DNA from: Ascoidea asiatica JCM 7603
Taxonomy: Eukaryota > Fungi > Ascomycota
Assembly (NCBI GenBank): GCA_001600695.1
Contig: BCKQ01000001.1
Location: 1,052,632 to 1,116,631 of the forward strand
Direction: 5' to 3'
Length of the DNA stretch: 64,000 nucleotides
The notes beneath the pieces were generated by a model, which worked only from the letters and a program-made list of their open reading frames with translations, did no database searches and was not told where the DNA came from. A program made the translations under genes and the position numbers. Shown piece after piece: positions 14,138 to 22,803 of the stretch (within the stretch, counting starts at the first letter, position 1; each line of letters opens with the position of its first letter).

Positions 14138-14311
14138 ATGCCATTAACTTCTGCTGACTGGTATTGCCATATGTGCTCCAGCAAAAATCAAGTTACCAAA
14201 TTGACTGGAAATGCTAATTGCTATCATTGTGAACATCAAGTCTGTTTTTGGGATGATAAATTAAAGAGACAAGTTATTTCTTGCAATAAATGCAAATTTG
14301 ATGTAAGCTGA
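14138..14311 (+). CDS. Putative 57-aa Cys/His-rich zinc-ribbon microprotein
   Basis: ATG at 14138 with A at -3. MPLTSADWYCHMCSSKNQVTKLTGNANCYHCEHQVCFWDDKLKRQVISCNKCKFDVS gives WxCxxCxxxN...CxxCxHxxC...CxxC, i.e. 8 potential Zn ligands. TATAAA lies about 250 bp upstream. Confidence 0.6.
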   Translation: MPLTSADWYCHMCSSKNQVTKLTGNANCYHCEHQVCFWDDKLKRQVISCNKCKFDVS

Positions 14312-14588
14312 AAATTTGTTCAAATAAAAGTTCAACTAAAATCTATCTTTTATGATTTTTTAATTTCAATCAGTTTCATTTTCAAATAACATTTATGGTA
14401 TATATATTCAAATATGAGTCTTGACATTATTATTTTACTCTTTCTTTTTCAATTAATGTATTCATTTTTCTTTTTAGCTTTTCAAATTTTTTCTGTCTAT
14501 TTCTTCAACTTATCTGAGGTTCAAACTTTGATTTTTAAACAAAAAATTATGTAAAAATAAATTATTATATAGTCAATATATCTTAGTT

Positions 14589-14642
14589 ATAAACAATACT
14601 GAATTATAAAAACAATACTGAATTATATAAACAAAACTGAAT
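14589..14642. repeat. About 19-bp tandem minisatellite, 3 copies (AAACAATACTGAATTAT-like)
   Basis: Visible directly: aaacaatactgaatt / aaacaatactgaatt / aaacaaaactgaat. Confidence 0.75.
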
Positions 14643-14886
14643 CAATGGATAGAAAATGTATAAAAAAACAAGTCTTTTCAAATTATCTCTAAAATACCGA
14701 ATATAAGTTAAGTTCGAACGCGAAAAAAAGTGGTAAACAAGGAAATTCATATAAACGTAAACAGACAATTAAATAGCGATATTTGAACTTTTCTTTTGTT
14801 TAAACTACACCATTTATCAAATAAATTTAATCTAAATTTCTTTCATCAATTCATCAATCAACTAGCCCAAACTATAAAATTAATCA

Positions 14887-15762
14887 ATGAATCTCATAAT
14901 ATCAGCCATAGTAAAATTGGCAATGTTGGCTTATGTGGCTATCAAAGCTCATTCTCATAAATCTTTAACGAACGCAGGAATTTTAGCTGCAATAAGTACT
15001 GGATTAATACACTCTTTCATATTAAAATCAAATTTACATTTGTCTTTATTGTTGTGGTTTTATATTTCAAGTACAAAATTGATTCGTTCATTCAAAAAAA
15101 TAATCAAAAAAAAAAATAAAATTGATCAAAGAAATTACGCTCAAGTTTTTGCTAATTCATTAAGCGCCACTTTGATAATTCTAATAATTTCATATTTTAA
15201 TCTTGAATCAAGTAATGGCCAATCTAAACTTTATAAATCATTGATAATGGGTATTATTTCTAACTATTCTGCTGCAACAGCAGATACATGGTCTTCAGAA
15301 TTAGGAATTTTATCAAAATCAGATCCAATTTTAATTACAACTTTAAAAAAGTGTCCTCCTGGAACTAATGGTGGAGTATCATCATTTGGGCTATTATCTG
15401 GAATAGCTGGTGCTTTCTCTGTTTCGTTGATTTCTATGATTTTTATTCCTTCCATTTTCGATTCAAGTAAACCTCTGGAAATTTTAATTAACCTTATCTT
15501 TATCACTCTATCAGGATCATTTGGAACTTTATTAGATTCTATTTTAGGGTCTTTATTGCAAAGCTCATTAATTGATATAAAATCTAACAAAATTGTTGAA
15601 ATTAATGGTGGATTTAAGTTATCTAATGAAAAAATATTAGAACATAAAGATTATAAATCTATTAGTGGATATAATATTTTAAGTAATAATGGGGTCAACT
15701 TATTAATGACATCATTGACATCCATCATTTCAATTTTAATTTATTATAGTTATATAGCTTAG
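14887..15762 (+). CDS. TMEM19 / DUF92 integral membrane protein, 291 aa
   Basis: 'RNYAQVFANS', 'AATADTWSSELG', 'PPGTNGGVS..G', 'LLDSILGSLLQ' and 'LSNNGVN' are DUF92 signatures; several hydrophobic helices. Confidence 0.9.
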   Translation: MNLIISAIVKLAMLAYVAIKAHSHKSLTNAGILAAISTGLIHSFILKSNLHLSLLLWFYISSTKLIRSFKKIIKKKNKIDQRNYAQVFANSLSATLIILIISYFNLESSNGQSKLYKSLIMGIISNYSAATADTWSSELGILSKSDPILITTLKKCPPGTNGGVSSFGLLSGIAGAFSVSLISMIFIPSIFDSSKPLEILINLIFITLSGSFGTLLDSILGSLLQSSLIDIKSNKIVEINGGFKLSNEKILEHKDYKSISGYNILSNNGVNLLMTSLTSIISILIYYSYIA

Positions 15763-15809
15763 ATAAATTTACTTGAAATTTAGAATCATGATTTAGCTTG
15801 AACATTAGC

Positions 15810-16914
15810 TTAAATATTACGACAATTGCTTATATTTAATAAAAATATATCTTCTGCTCCCTTTGCTTTTAAATTATCCATAACTAATCCACTTTCATTT
15901 TTTTCTATAACGACTCCAACAGCAACCCAATCTTCTTCCACTTCCTCCTTATCTTCTCCTTTTGAAAAACTTGGAAGTAATGGTGATACTGTAGGTGCTT
16001 TTTTATACGGTGTTACTTTCAAAATTTCCTCCAACTTAGACTTAGGACAGTTATAATTGCAAAATAAATATTCTGCGCTATCAACAACACCTTCAATTCT
16101 ATGTTTTATTGTGTGAATTAAATCTTCAAATGGTGGATCTAAAGAGCTAATTAAATTAATTCCTTTATATTCGAAAGCTTCGGTTGATAATTCATTTACA
16201 TTAATTTCTTCCAATAATGTCATTGAATTGGAGATTAAATTCAAATCCAGAAAATCTACAATTGCATCCGAAATTCCTAATGAACAAGCAGTTTCAATAG
16301 AGCCAGATAAATGTCTGATTTTCGTCTGTATATCTTTTCTATTTTCCAATTTTTGAAAATATAATCTGGTTATATGAGTGAAATTTGTTGAAATTGTTTT
16401 ACCTATTAAATCTTTAGAAGTTTTGTAAAAATTTTTATCTTTCGACGATATTTGTAAAGTCAAAACTGAATTTATATCTATGTTAACATCAGATTTTAAT
16501 TTAGAAGGTGGAATTGTATTGTTAGAAAAAAAGGAGGATAGATTCATTATTAATTTTATTTCATTTTCTAGATCAGATTCAATAATATTGAATTGATTAA
16601 CAATACCTAGAGTACATTTACCATTTGCTACAAAATTTGGAATATCAGCTTCCGGTAAAAAAATTAAGGCTATTGGTAGATTTTTAGATAGTGCTATATC
16701 TTGCCTATTCTTCCTTTTGAATATAATATCGGAACCTTCTAATAATTGCATACATTTATTATGAATATTTCCCTCTGATTAAAATAAAATGTTGCTTGAA
16801 GTTAGTCTCAATCATTTGGTTTTTATTTCAGATAGAATAAATAAGGTAGTAAAATCACATACTCTTAGGAATTGCAAATAACAATAAATCACTTAAGTTA
16901 TCAATTATTTCCAT
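15810..16914 (-). CDS. HIS1: ATP phosphoribosyltransferase (His1/long-form HisG) homologue, 2 exons (16914-16863, 16774-15810), 338 aa; catalytic motifs degenerate
   Basis: Spliced N-terminus MEIIDNLSDLLLFAIPK|KGNIHNKCMQLLEGSDI matches the His1 start 'LLFAIPKKG'. Also 'LPIALIFLPEADIP', 'CSLGISDAIVD' and a C-terminal ACT-like domain ending 'ISNCR'. The symbol denotes family; activity is doubtful. Confidence 0.85.
16775..16862 (-). other. Spliceosomal intron (88 nt) in the HIS1-like gene
   Basis: GTATGT donor (16862), GACTAAC branch point (16807-16801), CAG acceptor (16775). Removing it joins the conserved N-terminus in frame. Confidence 0.9.
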
Positions 16915-18706
16915 TTTTGAGAAAAAGATCTTTTTCGAATATTGAATTTTAATATATAGAATAAAAAAATTAAAACTGTTTTTGAATTTTTTCGAGAAAT
17001 TAATACATTTAAATGCTGAAATTTATAGAAAATAACATTATGAAAAAGAAATAAAAGAAATTAATCGTTTATATTATTTAAAAGTAATTCGACTTTGATT
17101 TTCATTGATTAAAACATTGAATATTGGCTCTGAATCTTTTAATGGGTGGAAAATAGCCATAAATATAACCAAATTTGTAAGAGATTGAAAAATTGTATAG
17201 CCAATCAAACTTAATTGTTTTTCAATTGTCTTAAAAGGAGAATATTTCGTTAATTGATTCCCGATAAAATCTGTTGAGCAAAATTGTTAACGATTGTTAT
17301 GAGTTTTTTTTGATATTTTTTTTGATTTTTCGCGAGTTATCAGTTACAACCGAAATTGATTAGGGGTTATTTATTAAGAATATTTCACCAAGAGTAAATA
17401 TGGAATGTGGTTGATTTTTATTTTAGTATGAAGTATTTTTCAAAAGCTGAAAGCATATGTTTAGGGAAATTTTATGGAAATATATAATGAATCGTAATAA
17501 AATATAATTACTTTTTCTTTTTCTTTTTCTTCTTTACAATAAAAGATTGTTCAACAAAAGCCCTAGGCACGCCTAGGAACCCTATGAATCATATAATAGG
17601 TAAGTGGACCTAAATATTAGATCAGAGTTGAGCACAGTAATGGATGTCATATTTTTTCAGTAATATATGAATATATGAATAAGAAGGATATTGATAGGTT
17701 CAATTTAATTCATACTTAATCCATCAAAGTATTATTCAGCCTTGAATTGGTTGTACCCTGCTTTTTAATTAAATTCAATCAAATTATTCAATTAAACTTA
17801 AACTTCAGTTTTTTTGAGTAACTTGTGGTCAGATTGACAGAATATAATAAAAAATCAAGCAATGTTATTAAAAATACTTTTTAAAATCAAAAAAAAAAAT
17901 TATTCTTTTTTATTTGAGTGTTTTAATTCTTTTACAAAATTAAAGTAATACAGTACCAATCAAAGTTTTAATAACTTTATACAAATCTCATCATAATACT
18001 CAAAAATAAAAAGTTACTTAATTTAAAAGGAAGTTTATTCTTAAGAATTTTTTAATTCCTTATCAAATTCCAATACGCTACTACTGTAAACTTTACTATC
18101 AGTAATGGATAATAATTTTTTTTATCGGAATAGGTAACCTTTAACTTTTATTGAATATTCAAATCAATTTGACGCAAAAGAAAAAAAGCAAATTATAAAT
18201 TAGAAAAATATCAAAAAAAAAGAAATACGAAGCAACACTGAGTGTGTAATTTTACTTCAAATTGATTCAAACAAAAAAAAAGTTTGTATCCAAGATTGAT
18301 CAAGTCCCTTTGAAAGAAGTGTTTGAATACTAAAAGCACTTCTTTATCATGAAAAACCTCAAAATATTTCAAAAGTGCTTCATGAATATTTTAAATTTAA
18401 ATTGGGGGTTTTCCCCAATCTAGAAATAAAAAAACAAAAAATTAAAAAAACACGGACTTTCAAAGCTGCGTGCCGGGTCCCGTGATACAGAACACAAGCA
18501 GCCGCGGGAACACCGACGAGCCGTGGCAAATTCTTTCCCCAGCACTAAATTCAAGCGAGGCCGCCAAGAGATAGGTGCGAGCGTGCGACTGTTTCCCGTG
18601 ATAGTTGCCAGCGACAGTTAATCCGGACCGCTGCATATATTAAGCCTTCCTGAAAGCAGAGGTTTAGGCTACTTACCGGAGGTACATGTGTCCACGATAG
18701 TTTCCA

Positions 18707-18730
18707 CGGTGCGCGGTACGTGCCGCACCG
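18707..18730. promoter_or_regulatory. Near-palindromic CGG-N6-CCG (Ppr1/UaY-type Zn2Cys6 spacing) within a CGGTGCG...CGCACCG inverted repeat, upstream of the purine-cytosine permease
   Basis: GCGGTACGTGCCGC at 18713-18726, inside the GC island at about 18450-18910. Confidence 0.4.
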
Positions 18731-19897
18731 CTGCTTTCCGCAGAACCGTAGTGTTTATTATTGGAATCCGCACTAATTTACATAATCCGCGGCCTGTCTA
18801 TAAAATATCCACGAAATATCCGCTGCTTCCTTCCTAGTAAAAAGTAAGCTGAAAACCTTATTTTTACTTCTTGAGCTTCTTGGGCCTCTTGCGCTCTTTG
18901 GGGTTTAGCCAGTCGATAGTCTAAATAAATTAGACTAATTTTCCAATTTCCATAGGCTACTACTATAATGGGAAATAAAATATAAAAAATTCTATGAAAA
19001 AATTAAAGGAAACACCAAGTAAAGACAAACAAGATGAAATAGGATGAGTTTGTTTTGTTTTCTTCGATAACAAAAGAAGAATTCGCTCTAAGCTTCAATA
19101 TGTTTACTTGACAATTGCTTTTGCTTTGGAATTCACCTTAGAAAATCCAATTGTAGGGCCAATTACCTAGAAAAAAAATAAACTTTAAGTCTGAGAGTTT
19201 TAGTTTAAATTTCAATAGTAATTAAAGTACTCTGCATAACTTTTTCGATTGGCATTAAATTTTTCAATCGTTAGCAATTACTTCTAAAAGTTTTGTAACA
19301 AAAAAAAAATAATCTCATATCAAACATAAAAAAAAAAAAGTTTACTTTTCTTTTTTTAGTTCGTTTTTACAACACTCCAAACCCAGATGTTGATGTACAC
19401 TGGCAAAAATATTTCTTTTATCTATCTATTACTAAATAAAAAATTTTAAAAAATTTAAATATTTTCAATGTTGAAATCAGTATACTCATCTACATACAAA
19501 ATATTGATAAGAACGAATGTAAGACTCTCATTGTCAAATTAGAAGTATATGAATAATACACTACATATATCTTAAAATATTTTAATATAATACAGAAATA
19601 TGTATATGAATAATAAATATAAATAATCTAAAATTTCCCTTTTTTTATTCTAATTATTTTCAAGTTAAAATTTCTTCAGATATCCTCTCAATTAGAATAA
19701 TCATTATCTCTTATACTTCAAAACAAGTATTCTTATTAATTATATAATATAATAATAATAATAATAATAATAGTAATAATAATAATTAGAGTAATATTGT
19801 TATTATCTAGAAATATATTAATAATTATTTTATAAATATATATAAATTTTGAAATAGAAAATAAAAGAGTTTATTAAAAAAAATCATAAGCATAAAA

Positions 19898-21412
19898 ATG
19901 GCAGAAGATCTTGAAAAGAAAGTGGACTCTTCAGAAGTTCATTCTGAAAATGAATTTCATGAATATGGTGAAATTGAACCAAAAGATCAATCAATTTGGT
20001 CTAAAATTGGTTCTGTATTAAATGCAGAAATTAGAGGTGTTGAAAGAGTTCCTGAAGAAGAAAAAACTGAAAATTCTTTATGGAATGCAGCTTCAATGTG
20101 GTTAGCAGCAAATTTAGTTATTGCAACTTTTTCTTTAGGTGCTTTAGGTATTACTCTTTTTGCTCTTAATTTTTATCAATGTGTTCTTGTAATTATTTTT
20201 TTTAATTTAATGGGTACAACTGCTGTTGCTTTTTTCTCTATTTTTGGTGCAAAATATGGTTTAAGACAAATGATTTTTTCTGTATTTTTCATTGGTGATT
20301 GGGGTATGAGAATTTTTTCTTTTATAAATTGTGTAGCAACAATTGGTTGGTCTGCTGTTAATACTATGGCTGCTGCTCAATTATTACATATTGTTAATAA
20401 TGGTGCTTTACCACCATGGGCTGGTTGTTTAATAATTATTATAATGACTATTATTGTTTCATTTTTTGGTTATAAAGTTATTCATCTTTATGAAATGTAT
20501 TCATGGATTCCAAATATGATTGTATTTATTATTATGATTGCAAGAATGAAAATGTCAGGAAATTTCACTGCAGGTGAATGGGCTTCAGGTAAAACTGCAG
20601 CTGGTGATGTATTATCATTTGGTGGTACTGTTTTTGGTTTTGCAAGTGGTTGGACAACATATGCATCTGATTTCACAACTTATCAAAGATCAAATACAAA
20701 TCCATATAAAATTTTTTTTGCAATTTTAACTGGTTTAACTTTACCATTAATTTTTACAATGATTTTAGGTGCAGCATGTGCAACAGGTACACTTACAGAT
20801 GCTAAATGGGCTACATTATATGATGAATATTCAGTTGGTGGTTTATGTTATGCAGTTTTAGTTGAAGATTCCTTACATGGTTTTGGACAATTTTGTTGTG
20901 TATTATTAGCACTTTCAACTGTTTCAAATAATTTACCAAATATGTATTCAATTGCAATGAGTGCACAAGCAGTTTCGTCAGTTTTTAGAAAAATTCCAAG
21001 AATATTCTGGACTTTATTTGGTAATTTTGTTTCTTTAGCTATTTGTATTCCAGCATATTATAAATTTGCAGATGTTATGGATAACTTTATGAATTTAATT
21101 GGATATTATTTAGCTATATATATTTCAATGTGTTTATCAGAACATATAATTTGGAGAAGAGGATTTTCAGGATATGTTCCAGAAGATTATTTAGATAAAT
21201 CAAAAGTTCCAATTGGTATCGCAGGTACATTTGGATTTTGTTGTGGTGTTGCAGGAACTGTTTTAGGTATGAATCAAACTTGGTATATGGGTGTTTTAGC
21301 TAAAAAAATTGGTGATTATGGAGGAGATATTGGTTTTGAATTAGCTTTTGGATTTGCATTTATTGGATTCAATGCTGTTCGTCCATTAGAACTTAAGTAT
21401 TTTGGTCGTTAA
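19898..21412 (+). CDS. FCY2: Purine-cytosine permease, NCS1 FCY-type (Fcy2/Fcy21/Fcy22-like), 504 aa
   Basis: 'LNAEIRGVERVPEEE', 'MWLAAN', 'GLRQM', 'GWTTYASDFT', 'NNLPNMYS', 'GDIGFEL', C-terminal 'RPLELKYFGR'; about 12 TM segments. Confidence 0.88.
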   Translation: MAEDLEKKVDSSEVHSENEFHEYGEIEPKDQSIWSKIGSVLNAEIRGVERVPEEEKTENSLWNAASMWLAANLVIATFSLGALGITLFALNFYQCVLVIIFFNLMGTTAVAFFSIFGAKYGLRQMIFSVFFIGDWGMRIFSFINCVATIGWSAVNTMAAAQLLHIVNNGALPPWAGCLIIIIMTIIVSFFGYKVIHLYEMYSWIPNMIVFIIMIARMKMSGNFTAGEWASGKTAAGDVLSFGGTVFGFASGWTTYASDFTTYQRSNTNPYKIFFAILTGLTLPLIFTMILGAACATGTLTDAKWATLYDEYSVGGLCYAVLVEDSLHGFGQFCCVLLALSTVSNNLPNMYSIAMSAQAVSSVFRKIPRIFWTLFGNFVSLAICIPAYYKFADVMDNFMNLIGYYLAIYISMCLSEHIIWRRGFSGYVPEDYLDKSKVPIGIAGTFGFCCGVAGTVLGMNQTWYMGVLAKKIGDYGGDIGFELAFGFAFIGFNAVRPLELKYFGR

Positions 21413-22803
21413 ATCAAATAGTATCCATGATTGTCTTTTTATATCTCTATTTTTATCAATTATTTTTTTTTTCAATTCTCCCTGAATTCTTTTGTTGATT
21501 GTTTTCTGTTTGATATTATGATTATTATTTTTTTTTTAGTGATTCATTTTATTATTCTTCTTTTCTCATTCAAATATAAATTATATTTCTGATCATTTCT
21601 TTGTATTCTTCTTTTTCTTTATTATTCTGAAAATAGTTTTTCCTAAATATATTTACCAGTTGTAAGTTTTATTCTAGCTAAAGATAAGCCTTTGAAAGAA
21701 TAGTTTTCCTCTTTTCTTGCATACAACATTGGCAATTAAAAACATTTAGAGTGCCATAAAATATATGCCATAGTGAAACACATAATCACTGGTTTATTTC
21801 TGTGCACATACATTTTCATTATCTCTCAAAGGGCCCAAGAAACGGAAACGAGCAATAAACCCAATCCCAAACCGTGTCCCGATAAAAGAGGAGGCTGCCT
21901 GCTTTTTCTTATCTTCCTGCGCTTTTTCAAGGCCTCTTTTTAGGCTTCAGCCAAAATTTCTGGCCAGAAATAAGGATTCCAACCAGGATTTAAAATTTGG
22001 ATTGAAACAAGAAGAGAAAACAGGATTGAAAACACTGTCAATTGCGTGCTTTTCCGTTTCAATTCCAGCGCTGTACGGATTTCAGAGCGGCCAAACGCGT
22101 GACTGAGCAATTGGATAAACACCCAAAAGCAGCAGGTGGCAGAGGAAGTAGAATGAAAAACGGCACCAAAAATTAAGATTTCTTCAGCTGCCCTTATCTT
22201 CGTAAATCTGTAAAAAAACTCTTTTCCTGCATTTGGGTTTTTCCGACGTTTATTAGTCGCTGTTCGAATAAATTTATAATTATTCTCAATTGTATTTTTT
22301 ATTGAAAAAAGAATAAAATAATATAATAGAATGATAAATTAATATTTGAAAAATTCAAAGAGGAAATAATTTGCTTGCCAGTCAAATATTTTCAATTTAT
22401 GTTTCGTGTTTTTTTCAAATACTTCAGTTGTTTTCTGTTTGTGTTTTACTTTTCACTTTAAATGTATCATCTTATTTAACTATCCAATTTTTTTGAATTA
22501 TGTTAAATCTGATCAATAAAAATTATTAACATAAAATCATTAACCCTTAAAACCTTTGCTTTTAGTTACAGCTGAGACTATTTAATCATCAATATTCAAA
22601 TAGTCTCGAAAATAAGTTAAATCACCAGATTAACATTATTCTCGTAAAAACCCTCGTTTAACGAAAAAAATACCAAAAAAAATATTATTAAACCGAAATA
22701 ATGAAAAAATAAAAGGCTAAATGATTACTGATTCTATTCAAAAGTTTAGTGAAAATTTTTAAAATTAATATTAGTATTTTTTTCAAAAGTCAATGAAAAA
22801 AAA

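Noticed and set aside
14589-14642. Short repeat arrays (also 47088-47200) as CRISPR-like
   Set aside because: The context is eukaryotic, the tandem units are contiguous without unique spacers, and no cas genes are present.
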